From Octopus vulgaris (taxonomy: Eukaryota), in assembly GCA_951406725.2 (NCBI GenBank), contig OX597842.1:9176001-9240000 (forward strand): a DNA stretch of 64,000 nt, read 5' to 3'. This document shows, in pieces, positions 27,084 through 42,625 of the stretch. Position numbers and translations under genes: made by a program. Each line of letters starts with the position of its first letter. The first letter of the stretch is position 1. The notes beneath the pieces were generated by a model. The model was not told where the DNA came from. It worked only from the letters and a program-made list of their open reading frames with translations, and ran no database searches.

Positions 27084-27170
27084 CGGTTTTTTTGACTATT
27101 TATTAAAATTTTATGTATTGATTAAGTCTTTCCTTGTTTGTTTTGCAAAATAGTGGTTTTGTCTCGAATA

Positions 27171-27219
<49 letters not shown>

Positions 27220-27231
27220 TATTGGCAACAT

Positions 27232-29003
<1,772 letters not shown>

Positions 29004-29064
29004 TATAATATAAATATATAATATATATATATATAATATATATATATATATAATGTATATATAT

Positions 29065-32025
29065 TGATTGATTGATTGATTCTAGTTTCAGCTTATGAGC
29101 TGTGGCCATGCTGGGGCACCGCCATTTGGTGTTGCTACTTGGTTTCACTTCATGAAGGCTTTCTAGCAACTGCTATTTGGTGCATGAGAGAGTTCGATGC
29201 AGCTGCCCTCATCTGCCCCTCCTGCCATGAAGTTGGTTCATCTGGGATACCTGACAGGAAGAGATCCAGCTTCATTTTAAAGACATCTGTATCCACCCCA
29301 TGCAGGTCTCTCAGGTTCTTCGGGAGGATATTGAAGAGCTGTGGGCCTCGGAAGCCCAGGCTATCACAGAATCTTGTCCTACATCTTGATGGCAAGTTTG
29401 GAGTCCTAGGCACCACGCAGTGGCGCCCAGTACTGGCATTTGCGTAACTCTCGATGCCAAAGTTCAGGACACTTCCCTCCAGGATCTTCCAGATGTATAT
29501 TATGGCATATCTTTCCCGCCTACGCTCCAGGGAATATAGTTTTAATCTCTTGAGTCTTTCCCAGTAGCTTACATTCTGCATAGAAGCTATCTTCTTCGTG
29601 TAGCTACGTTGGATCGCCTCGAGCTCTGTGATCAACTTGACACTGGATGGTGACCATAACTGAGAGCAGTAGTCAAAGTGGCTTAGGACAAGTGTCCTCC
29701 AGAGGACCATCATGGTTTCTTGTTCTCTTGTTCTAAAGGTTCTGAGGATCCATCCGGCCAGTCGTCTACATTTCATTGCCAATTTAGCAACATGTACACG
29801 AAAGGTCGCGTCATCACTCATGTAAATACCTAGGTCACGCACTGATTGTGCCTCTGGGATTGCTATTCCTCCGGGTCCAGTGTATTCATTGGGTATTGCA
29901 TTTAGTTTTGCATGCTGATAGTATAGAGCTTGAAACTTTTCAGCATTGAACTGCATGCTATTCTTTTCGGCCCACTTGTATATTTTGTCTAGCTCACATT
30001 GCAGGTGTTTAGTGTCCTCAGGGTTCTGTATTGCCTGTGAAACTTTTGTATCATCTGCATAACTTGTGATCGTGGCTCTCTGCGTGGCTGAGGGCATGTC
30101 TGAGAGGGCCATTATGAACAGTAGTGGTCCCAGAACAGTGCCCTGTGGAACACCGCTCACTATTTGCGTGTTAATGGAAGTGGCCCCATTGGCCACTACC
30201 ACCTGACTTCTATCTTTCAGAAAGTCATGAAGCCATTCTCCCAGTTTTCCAACTATGTTGAGATCACGCAGTTTGTGACATATCATTCCATGATCGACTT
30301 TATCAAAGGCCTTTGCAAAGTCGAGATATATCACTTCCACATTTGAGTGGTTGAACAGCCGTTTCAGCACCCAGTCATAGTGTTGTAGGAGCTGAGTTAA
30401 ACAGCTTCTCCCTGGTCGGAAACCATGTTGGGTGTCGGGCAGCAAGTCATTCTCTTCAAGGAAGGTGATCAGCTTCCTTCTGACTATTCGTTCCATGACC
30501 TTGCTGATGTGTGAGGTCAGAGAGATAGGTCTATAGTTCTTGGCTTCCGCTCTGCTACCTCCTTTATGAATGGGGCATATTTTACCTTCCTTCAGTTTTC
30601 TTGGAAGTTTGCCAGCTGCAAGGAAGCTCTGAAAGAGGAACTGCAGTGGTCTTGCTAGGACACTCTTACATGCTTTTAGGAGGATTGCCGGGAATCCATC
30701 GGGGCCAGTAGCTGAGTCTGTTTTCATTTCATCTATAGCCTTGATTACATTGTCTTCCTTTATATCGATGTAATCTATCGTCGCCGCCTCTGATTTTATA
30801 TCTGCAGTGGTAAAAAAGTCAGTTGGATTGGTGATTTGGAGATGCCCAAGGGGTGGAGTGAAAACACTCTTGGATTGCTCATTCAGTATTTCACTTACCC
30901 TCATTGGTTTTCCTGTAAGTGTGCCATCCTTTTCGAGGAGTGGCCCTATTCTACAGTGCACCGTAGCTGTTTCTTTGGCATACCTGTAGAAAGCTCTGGG
31001 GTTAGATTTTATGTTGTCTATAGCCCAGGCTTCTTTGTCTGCTCTTTCCTTTTCATGGGAGAGTTGCAGACATTTTTCGATTTCCAACAGTTTTATTTTT
31101 AGGCGGGACTTTTCACTGCTTTCAATCTGTTTGTTTAGGCGATTTGAAAATTTTGTACGCCGTCTCATTAAAATTTTCCTCTCTCTGGGGATTTTGTTCT
31201 TGTGTACAGTGGCCTTTCTCTCTGGGACACATTTGTAGCATATGGCTTGCATTACAGACATGAATTGTTGAAGTTTCACGTCGATGTCTGGCGAGGAGAG
31301 ACATTTAGGCCAGTTTTGTTTGAGGATCTCTTTCTCAATTTGTTTCCAGTTTGCCTTATGGTAGTTCAAGCTGGAAAGATTCTGGGGGTTTCTTGTAGGC
31401 TGCATGTCCCTGCTCTCTTTTGGCCCGTACATGGTCAGCTCTATCATGTTGTGATCCGAGAGTAGTGTCGGTGTCACTTTCACATTATGGATGAGATCCA
31501 TGTCATTTGTGAAGCAGAGATCCAGTGTGTTACCTGCCCTGGTTGGTTGGAGTATTACCTGCTCCATGTACAGGGTGTTGATGAGGTTCAGGAGGGACCT
31601 CGCCTGTCCTCGTTCACATCTTGTCATTCCTGGGAGAGAAAGGCCCTCGGGCCATCTGACATTGGGCAGATTGAAGTCTCCCATAAGAAGTACACTTATG
31701 TGTTGTTCTAATGTGGTTAGAACTTCTTCTATTTTTATAAGGCAGTCTTCAAACTTGCCCACATGGCTTGGGGCATCTGGAGGGCGATATGTAGCACACA
31801 CAACTACATCAAGTTGCCTAATATGTACAATTGGTGTGTTACACACCGAGTTTGAGTATGACAAGAGGACCTGGGGTGTGAGGTCCTCACGGATGTACAT
31901 AGCAACACCTCCATGACTCCTTTCTTTCCTGTCGGTCCGTAGTACAGCATACTGTGGTATGTGTAACTCCGCATCTGCTATATCCGGTTTCAGGTGCGTT
32001 TCCGTTAGTGCTATGCATAAGGCTT
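29065..32025 (-). mobile_element. CR1-group LINE with nearly complete uninterrupted ORF2 (APE endonuclease + RT; open from about 32025 to 29150), (ATCA)n tail
   Basis: ALTETHL, DR...[42 protein letters not shown]. Confidence 0.96.
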
Positions 32026-32043
32026 GATTGCATGCAACAATAT

Positions 32044-32216
<173 letters not shown>

Positions 32217-32237
32217 TAATATATATAATATATATAT

Positions 32238-32435
<198 letters not shown>

Positions 32436-32653
32436 CTACAAAATTAGAGAATGGAGAAACATACTTAAATCAATAAAACATCAACTATCCGATGATACCC
32501 AATCAATACTTTAATACACCATTACATATGAGTAAAGGCATTATACAAAATGAGATATACAGTAATAGTAAAAAGATAAAGAGATATAAGTAAAAAATTT
32601 CAAATATAATATGCAATTAAATCAAAACTGACAGCTGTTTCGGCAGTGAGGGC

Positions 32654-32868
<215 letters not shown>

Positions 32869-32875
32869 TATATGC

Positions 32876-34459
32876 CAAGGTGGCATAGTACCGAGGGTCT
32901 GTTATCTAAACACTACATAACCAAAAATTTGCTGAACATACGAATAAAAATTCATAGGGTAGGAAGTAAGGCCAATAAGAAGTTCAAGGCAATGGTAAAA
33001 GAAGACATCCAAGTTTATTAAGTTCAGATTGCTTTTAGTTAATCCTGAAGCTCTCAAAAATTGTCGGCTGACGCATCTTCTTTCAGCGGATTTTATTCAT
33101 TTCGTTGTCTAGCCTATCACACGCCTGCATGATGCTGGGTATTCCGCTGCTCTGCTGCTGCATAAACTTTCGGATAGTGCTCCATGCTCTCTGGGCATCT
33201 GCAAACGAAACGTATTCCTTTTCCACAATTACATCGTCGTCTTCACTTTCCACCGGCTCTTCGTTATGCATTACCTCCTTTGCTATTTCTTCTAGACTGA
33301 AACATGTCGGACAATACAAGGGACGGTAAATTGTATCAGATATTACTAATGATACGAGGGGCCCAACTATAACGTTTTTCGCAGCATCGATAATCTCCTT
33401 CTTTTCCTTCAGCGTAAACTCAGTCCGCTTGCGTTTCTGAGCTGACATTGTGTGCTACTTTCTGAACTTTTCCACAACATTACAAATACGAAATGTACAA
33501 AATGTAGGAGTACAAAATTTCGAAAAGTTGCGTGCGCTTCAGTTTACAAGTGACATAGTAGCGAGAGCTGAGGGTGGCATAGTAAAAATTTGTTGTTTAT
33601 TATTTGGCCGGGACCACGCAAAACTGGCATAGTAGCGAGAGTTGAGGGTGGCATAGTACAAATTTGTAGTTTATTATTTGGCCTGGACCATGCAAAACTG
33701 GCATAGTAGCGAGAGTTGAGGGTGGCATAGTAAAAATTTGTTGTTTATTATTTGGCCGGGACCACGCAAAACTGGCATAGTAGTGAGAGTTGAGGGTGGC
33801 ATAGTACAAATTTGTTGTTTATTATTTGGCCTGGACCACGCAAAACTGGCATAGTAGCGAGAGTTGAGGGTGGCATAGTAAAAATTTGTTGTTTATTATT
33901 TGGCCGGGACCACGCAAAACTGGCATAGTAGCGAGAGTTGAGGGTGGCATAGTAAAAATTTGTTGTTTATTATTTGGCCGGGACCACGCAAAACTGGCAT
34001 AGTAGCGAGAGTTGAGGGTGGCATAGTAAAAATTTGTTGTTTATTATTTGGCCTGGACCACGCAAAACTGGCATAGTAGCGAGAGTTGAGGGTGGCATAG
34101 TAAAAATTTGTTGTTTATTATTTGGCCTGGACCACGCAAAACTGGCATAGTAGCGAGAGTTGAGGGTGGCATAGTAAAAATTTGTTTATTATTTGGCCGG
34201 GACCACGCAAAACTGGAATAGTAGCGAGAGTTGAGGGTGGCATAGTAAATATTTGTTGTTTATTATTTGGCCGGGACCACACAAAACTGGCATAGTAGCG
34301 AGAGTTGAGGGTGGCATAGTAAAAATTTGTTGTTTATTATTTGGCCTGGACCACGCAAAACTGGCATAGTAGCGAGAGTTGAGGGTGGCATAGTAAAAAT
34401 TTGTTGTTTATTATTTGGCCGGGACCACACAAAACTGGCACAATAGCGAGAGTTGACTG
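32876..34459 (-). mobile_element. Internally deleted Tigger/pogo element (relic ORF 33083-33448) with amplified terminus
   Basis: MSAQKRKRTEFTLKEKKEII (CENP-B/psq HTH start), C-terminal RQPTIFESF; terminus TA|CAGTCAACTCTCG. Confidence 0.7.
33552..34458. repeat. 74-bp tandem array, about 12 units
   Basis: GGCATAGTAGCGAGAGTTGAGGGTGGCATAGTAAAAATTTGTTGTTTATTATTTGGCCGGGACCACGCAAAACT. Confidence 0.95.
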
Positions 34460-34662
34460 TATATTATTTATATTATTATTATTATTATATAGGCGCAGGA
34501 ATGGCTGTGTGGTAAGTAGCTTGTTTACCAACCACATGATTCTGGGTTCAGTCCCACTGCGTGGCACCTTGGGCAAGTGTCTTCCATTATAGCCTCGGGC
34601 TGACCAAAGCCTTGTGAATGAATTTGTATGTACATATGTGTATATATCTATCTATCTATCTA

Positions 34663-34712
<50 letters not shown>

Positions 34713-35373
34713 AAAAAAGGTTTGAAAATGCAATTTAAACGATGTTTATTTACTTAACCGGTTTCACTCTTTGGTAAAAGATTGTCAAAAGTAACATTTA
34801 AGGAAACATTGAATAATATGGGTTCAAAAAAAGTTTTTTACATAATTGTCACATTGAATATTATGCATTCAAAAAAGTTTTTTACATAATTGTCACATTG
34901 GATATTATGAATTCAAAAATGTTTTTTTATACATAATTGTCACATTACATGTATAAATATAGTGTTTGGTAACAGAGAAGTTCAATAGTGTGATGAGAAT
35001 ATTTGGGAAAATTTGGCAGAAAAGGATAAAACAAATATATTATTGGGAATTGGTTGCGTTAATTATTGGTTGTCGCAAATTGTCACATTACATGTATATA
35101 TATACAATCTTTGGTATATATATACAGCCTTTTGACAGCAAAAATTAAAATGGATTTTTTATACATCTCAGAATATTTTAAGTTCAAGGCGAGAATATGT
35201 TTTTACTGACCTGTCGGTATTAGCAGAAAGGCTGAACTGAGAGAAAAGAGGAAGTAGCCAATGTGGTGTATACTTCCCCTTTATGCATGAATGATTTTGG
35301 GGTTATCAGGAGGTTAGTATGCGGGTGTGAATAGATGTGTCCGTGCCTGCTGGTCAGATAGCGTCTGTTTGTC

Positions 35374-35406
<33 letters not shown>

Positions 35407-35863
35407 ACAACAACAACACACACACACATAGTATACAAACACACACCACATACAAACAACACACACACCCATCACTTAGAAACCCATCTCTGAACTATGA
35501 TTGTAGATTCCAACCCAAACCGCTCCTAACTCAGAGTTCTCCCCCATCATATAGGAATTCACTTCTAAACCATGAATATAGTTTCCAACCCACTCTAAGG
35601 AACCAACATTACACCCAGGACAAACAACCGAAACCCTGGAATAACCAAAACTCTTCCAGGAGGCCACACCAACAACCCAGACCCTGGAACAACCAAAACC
35701 TCCTCAACAGACAACATAGCAACGGGGGACAGAATCACAACAACCAAAACCTCTTCAACAGACATGTCAACGGGGGACAGAATCACATACAGCAAAATAC
35801 CGCAAATAGAAGAACCCCCAGGATTCCTTTTTTAGGCAAGGGCATCAGTTTCCACGACACCAG

Positions 35864-38124
35864 ATGGTAGATACCAACCCCGAAAAACCAAAAATAGTGA
35901 ATCTTTCTAACCTAAACCTGTCAACACCACAAATAAAAATCCTTTCAAGAGGACTGAAATTCACCCCAACTCCGCAATACCCTAACCTGAGGGAAATACA
36001 GGATGACACCTCGCACTTTTGCAGAAAATTACGCCTCACAGAGGAATTTTTTGACAGGAAAACTAATAATAATGACGAATCAATGGTCTGTAACAAAAGC
36101 AACTATAATCCCATAAAAGGCAAAAACAAAACCTTAGACAAATTTTGCGATTACATCTCCAACTTCCCTTATGGTGAACTCCCACAACCTAAACTCAAAC
36201 CCAACACCAGTAAAAGAGAATGGGAAATCATCCATACGCTACGAGACAATCATGACGTCACAATAAAGGAAGCTGATAAGGGTAGTACGGTCGTTGTTAT
36301 GAATACTGAGCAATATAAAAACTCTGTATCTCTCCTTTTAGAGGATACCACATACTACGAAAGAGTAGTCGACTACCAGCAATCCAAAACAATGACCAAT
36401 CTGAAGGCACTCATTTACCAACACCGGAATGACTTGACAGCAAAGGAATGCGACTACATTACTAAATTTAATTGCAAAACCAGCACACTCTATGGGCTTC
36501 CAAAAATACACAAGAGTCAAATTATCACAGAAGCTTGCAAAAAGTCCACTTCAACCTGCATCACTATACCACATCCCACTGATCTCAAACTGAGACCAAT
36601 AGTGGCAGGCCCAAGTTGTGAAACACACAGACTTAGCAACTTTATAGATATCATCTTAAAGCCAATACTGAAACACATTCCAAGTATTGTAAGAGATGAC
36701 CTGGACCTATTAAACCATCTCCCCAAACATGCCGATAAAGACACCTTAATCGTTTCTTTTGATGTTATTAATCTTTACACCACAATCCCACATGAATATG
36801 GACTGGAAGCCATTAAATTCTGGCTGGATAAATATCCCAATGAGATCCCGGAAAGAATTAAAAAAGAATTCATAATTGAGGGCCTCAAATTTATTCTGCA
36901 AAACAACTTCATGTATTTCCACAACAACACTTACAGACAGGTCTCAGGAACTGCAATGGGTACGAAAGTTGCACCTACCTATGCAAACCTGGTGATGGCC
37001 TACCTGGAATCACATATCTATAAGTACGGCCAGTCTTTCCACAAATACCTGTTGGAGAACTGGAAACGCTACTTAGATGATTGCCTCATCCTATGGTCCC
37101 ACACACTCGACCAACTTATAGACTTCAAAAACCTTATCAACAGTGTAAATAACAACATTCAATTCACAATGGAATATAGTCAGGACCAACTCCCTTTTCT
37201 TGACATCCTAATCATTAAAAAAGGCGTCAACATTGAAACTGACATCCATTACAAACCCACTGACTCTAAACAATACCTTCTATTCACATCCAATCACCCA
37301 AAACACACAAAGACAAATATCCCCTTCAACCTAGCGAGAAGAATCTGCACTATTGTCTCAAATGACACAACACGAAATAGAAGACTCCGGGAACTAAGGG
37401 CAATTCTTCTCGAAAGACATTACCCGGCATCACTAGTAGACAACGGAATAGAACGGGCCAAATCAATCAACATTCAAGACCTTCGAAAACCCAAACACAT
37501 CCACAGTACAGTAAATAGCCTCCCTTATCTCTCAACACACAACCCAAGGAATGCAGAAGCTTACACTATTATATACAACAACATTCCACAACTAAATCAA
37601 GACCCACGCCGGAAAAAAATACTGGCAGCTCATAAAATAATAAAAAGTAAGAGACAACCTAAATCCCTAAAAACCTCCTCACCAACGCAAAATTACACAA
37701 CACAAACCCACCGTCCACCATCAAAAAATGTGGTCGCCCCAACTGCAAGACCTGCATCCACCTCATGGAGGGATCGTCGTACAAGTTCCACTCGGGACAC
37801 ACATTCATCATAAAAAATAATTTCACGTGCGCATCAAAAAATTTACTCTACGTCATAAGGTGTGAAGGATGTCACGAAGACTACATAGGGCAAACGAGCC
37901 TTACCCTCAGAGAAAGAATGACAGTTCACCGACAACAACTGAGGGACCCCTCCACAAGACAGATACCACTAAGTGGACACTTAGACCTTTGTGCACACAA
38001 TAAGTCCCCCAAATTCTTAATCTTCCCACTATACCAATGCTCGGACAACACCACAGACCAAACACGAATAAATAAGGAAAGTAATCTTATTCAAAAATAC
38101 AGACCACAACTAAACATACTCTAA
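35864..38124 (+). pseudogene. PLE RT + GIY-YIG endonuclease with one frameshift near 37670
   Basis: LSRGLKFTPTP, ADKGS, YGLPKIHK, LRPIV, FDVINLYT, GTAMGT, RYLDD, LPFLD; CGRPNCKTC, NLLYVIRC..C...YIGQT. Confidence 0.93.
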
Positions 38125-38309
38125 CATACCCCCTGGAAACACATCCAGAGCAAGCACACAGGGACGCGCACACGCTCACAGCTTATCGTGCGGGCGGGCA
38201 CATGCGCGCATCGGCACGCATAGGACACACTAGCGAGCATTGACCGCACACATACGTGGCATGCACACGCATGCATTATATATATGTAGGTGATGTATGT
38301 GTGTGAGTG

Positions 38310-38341
<32 letters not shown>

Positions 38342-38367
38342 ACGTTGTGTGTGTGTGTGCGTGGGTG

Positions 38368-38399
<32 letters not shown>

Positions 38400-39236
38400 C
38401 ACTGTGTGCGTGTGTGTGTATATGTGTGTGTGTGCGCACGCGTGTGTATATATGTGTGTGTGTGTGTGTGTGCACTGTGTGCGGGTGTGTGTGTATGTGT
38501 GTGTGTGTATATTTATTTGCATGTTTATGTGTGTATAAACATGTACATTATTTGCATGCGCATTGTGTATATGTATATTGTATGTATGTGTATTGTATAT
38601 GTATGTGTACAATTAAGTGTATATATGTGTGTGTATGTGTGCATTGTATATATGTATATTGTAGGTGTGCTATATATGCATGAATACATGTATATGCATT
38701 GCGTGTATATATATGTATGCATTGTGTATGTATGTTATGTGTGTGTATATATATATTATATGTATGCGTACGTGTATGTGTATGCATTGTATGTATGTAT
38801 AGTGTGTGTATATGTGGTACATCTATGTATGTGTATGTAAACACTATTTATATGTATATATGTATATATGTATATGCATTGTCTATATATATATATATAT
38901 ATTATATGTATGTATTGCGTATGTATATTGCATGCATATATTGTGTATGTGTATTATTTACATGCTGTATGTGTGTATTGTATGTGTATATATATGCTAG
39001 GTGTATTTGTGTGATATTTATATTATGTATGTATGTGTGCGTGTGTATGTGTGTGTGTGTGTGTGTGTGTGTTTTTTGTTTATTTGTGTTATATATCTGT
39101 GTATGTTATATATAGATACATGTTATATTTGTGTGCTGTGTGTATATGTGATATATGTGGGTGCGTTGTGTGTGGGTGTGTGTGTGTGTTGTTTGTATGT
39201 GGTGTGTGTTTGTATACTATGTGTGTGTGTGTGTGT

Positions 39237-39273
<37 letters not shown>

Positions 39274-39852
39274 GACAAACAGACGCTGTCTGACCAGCAG
39301 GCACGGACACATCTATTCACACCCGCATACTAACCTCCTGATAACCCCAAAATCATTCATGCATAAAGGGGAAGTATACACCACATTGGCTACTTCCTCT
39401 TTTCTCTCAGTTCAGCCTTTCTGCTAATACCGACAGGTCAGTAAAAACATATTCTCGCCTTGAACTTAAAATATTCTGAGATGTATAAAAAATCCATTTT
39501 AATTTTTGCTGTCAAAAGGCTGTATATATATACCAAAGATTGTATATATATACATGTAATGTGACAATTTGCGACAACCAATAATTAACGCAACCAATTC
39601 CCAATAATATATTTGTTTTATCCTTTTCTGCCAAATTTTCCCAAATATTCTCATCACACTATTGAACTTCTCTGTTACCAAACACTATATTTATACATGT
39701 AATGTGACAATTATGTATAAAAAAACATTTTTGAATTCATAATATCCAATGTGACAATTATGTAAAAAACTTTTTTGAATGCATAATATTCAATGTGACA
39801 ATTATGTAAAAAACTTTTTTTGAACCCATATTATTCAATGTTTCCTTAAATG

Positions 39853-39897
39853 TTACTTTTGACAATCTTTTACCAAAGAGTGAAACCGGTTAAGTAA
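39853..39897 (+). ncRNA. Hammerhead ribozyme with U3-A8 variant core; mirror copy 34750-34794 (-)
   Basis: TTACTT-TTGACAA-tCTTTT(acca)AAGAGt-GAA-ACCGGT-T-AAGTAA. Confidence 0.65.
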
Positions 39898-39972
39898 ATA
39901 AACATCGTTTAAATTGCATTTTCAAACCTTTTTTATTATATAATCCCACTCGTGCGATACCCCACAACTCAA

Positions 39973-40078
<106 letters not shown>

Positions 40079-40397
40079 TATTTATATATATATATTAATG
40101 GATGAATGAATTATCCTTTGGTTACCGCTAACATGGAAAATTCAATAAACAGTTACCAGGGTAGCAAAATTCACGCAAGTAAGAAGGATGTAGCGACCTA
40201 TTCAAAGGTAGAAACTCCGGGTTAATGTGCAGTAATTTGTGTAGTATAAGTAAATAAATGGAGTTGAACGCAGATGCTATTCAAATTCTTTTACTTTCGA
40301 CATATGTTTCGAATGGGAAGATTGCATTTTACACCGTTTATTCCTTTGGAATACAACCAATGTTGTCTTTGAAACATGTCGAAAATAAAAGAATTTA

Positions 40398-40499
<102 letters not shown>

Positions 40500-40621
40500 A
40501 AATATACAGATATGCACACAAACATACGCAAATAAAGTATACATGTGTGTATATATATTATCATTCAACATCCATCTTCTATGCATGCAAATATACACAT
40601 GTATACACTCATGTATATATA

Positions 40622-41801
40622 CAGGGTGAGGAAGCAAAATTTACAATATTTTGAGGCAGGGATTGAAAGACAGTGTATGACCAATTATTTTATTGAAAGT
40701 TATGAGAATTTATTTGCCACAAGAAAATTTACATAATAGAAAATGTTTTTATTCTATGTTTTCTGCTCCTTCTTTATAAATAACTGCCTTCATACACTTC
40801 CTGAAACTTGTACAAGTGTTCCTCAAATATTCGGGAGACAACTTCTCCCATTCTTCTGTAATAGTATCTCTGTAATAGTATCAAATAGTTGGATTTGCAG
40901 AAATCTTGTATTTTTCTGGCTGTGTGGGCTGGAGCACCATCCTGTGTCCATACATAATTACCATCTGGATAGTTTGCTTTAAGCCATGGCAATACCTGGT
41001 ATCTCAGAGTCTTGTAGTAAGTATTAACATTGATCTTTTCATCAGCTTTGTAGAATTTTCTTCGCACTTTCTTTCTATCGGAAGCCACAACACCAAAAGC
41101 CATAACTTGAGTAGGATGTTTTGTTTTGAATGTCCACTTAACCTCAGCTGTTGATTTTGCAATAAATCTGTCATTTCTGTGGTTCAGAACAGCATTGACA
41201 CTGAAGATCTTTTCATCTGAAAAGATCGTTACAATGGAGGACTTATTGTTGAACCATGTTATAATGTTCTTGCACCTCTCCAATCTCTTTTCCTTCATAG
41301 CTGTTGTCAACAAATGTTTTGGTGTTCTTGTATAAGATTTTAACCTCAAATCATATTTTACTGCATTTCTAATGGTCTTGTTGTCTACCTCAAGTTCAAT
41401 TGCCATTTTCCTCGTGGATTTGGTTGGATCCTTTAGGATTTTGGATTTGAGAGCTTTAATAAAAGCTTTGGTAAGTTTTTGTTGATTCCTCCACTTCCAG
41501 ACCTCTTCGTAATAGTTTTACTCATAGTCATTATATTCTTTACATTATAAACAGTCTTTATGGACACTCCAACTATTCTTGAAATCTCTTTTGGTGTGAC
41601 GAGTACATTCAGCAAATCACACACTCTTTGACATTTACTTTCCTGATTACTTATATGGGCAAAAGTTTCTGAAAAGGTAAGGATAATAGTGTTAGGTATG
41701 ATTACGACATCAATATATGCTAGGTTTCAAAACAATTGACTTAGTGCCTACAGAGAAAAAAACAACTTAACGTTCATTGTAAATTTTGCTTCCCCACCCT
41801 G
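40622..41801 (-). mobile_element. Tc1/mariner (maT/DD37D-like) transposon, defective
   Basis: 26-bp TIR CAGGGTG(A/G)GGAAGCAAAATTTACAAT, TA at both ends; FSDEKIF and QDGAPAH present, third Asp region deleted. Confidence 0.9.
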
Positions 41802-41984
41802 TAGCTGTGGCTTTTTCTGCTTTAATGAATTCAAGGAGCTTCTCCTTTGCGTTTATTTGGTAAGAATTCTTTTGAGTGTCATCTTCTGAATTTTTTTATT
41901 ATCGTTTAAGAAAAACGATTCTTATACATCCGAGTAATAATAGGCAACAGTGTTACTGCACTTCTGTTTTCCACAGGAACTAAA

Positions 41985-42625
41985 CACATCTCAGACTTTC
42001 CCATTCCACCATTCCAAGAACCTAGTGCCCTTCTCGACGACTACCGCAATGATATTTCCTGTGCATAAACTTGAATTTGTCGATCTCTACATATTCCAGT
42101 GTTTCAGCAGCACATTGAAGAACCTGGTACACTGCCAAGACATGCCAGCAGTGTACCACTAACCGCTGGCAATGTTCTGTTCGATTTTTTTTCTTTTCCT
42201 TCCCCTGTGTTACGGGAGGATGGAGTTCTTCCGTTTTATCCGGAATGTCTTCCCTCCCTCCCGCAGCCCATTCTGATGCCAGTTCGCGAAAACGCTGGCC
42301 AGTATGGGCCCGAACAAGTCTGGCATACTTTTATATAGTTTGTAGGGTAAACCATCAAGTCCCGGCGCCTTAAATCTGCCACAGTCAGTTATGGCCTCAG
42401 TCACCTCCTCAGGCGTGATTGACCCTTCACAGCTCTCCACATCCTGCTCCGAGAGGCACGGCAGCCCGGCAAGGAGGTCCGTAAGGTCCACCCTCTCATC
42501 CAGTCCACCATCACCCTCGAAAAGCTGGGCGAAGTGCTCCTGAAAAATCCGACACATCTCCTCGGATTCGTTTACCAAATCGCCCTTATTGTTCATCACA
42601 GACTTAATTGTGGAATCGTTTCCAC
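41985..42625 (-). mobile_element. L1/Tx1 ORF2 (RT) fragment
   Basis: CEGSITPEEV...KAPGLDGLPYKLYK. Confidence 0.8.

Larger units (their letters stand above)
26891..27180. mobile_element. ~290-bp near-perfect palindrome: head-to-head pair of PLE pseudo-LTR ends
   Basis: Symmetry centre 27035/27036; each arm carries a hammerhead. Confidence 0.8.

Noticed and set aside
33552-34458. CRISPR-like appearance of the tandem arrays (also 59791-61793 and 22185-22800)
   Set aside because: No unique spacers, no cas genes, eukaryotic context
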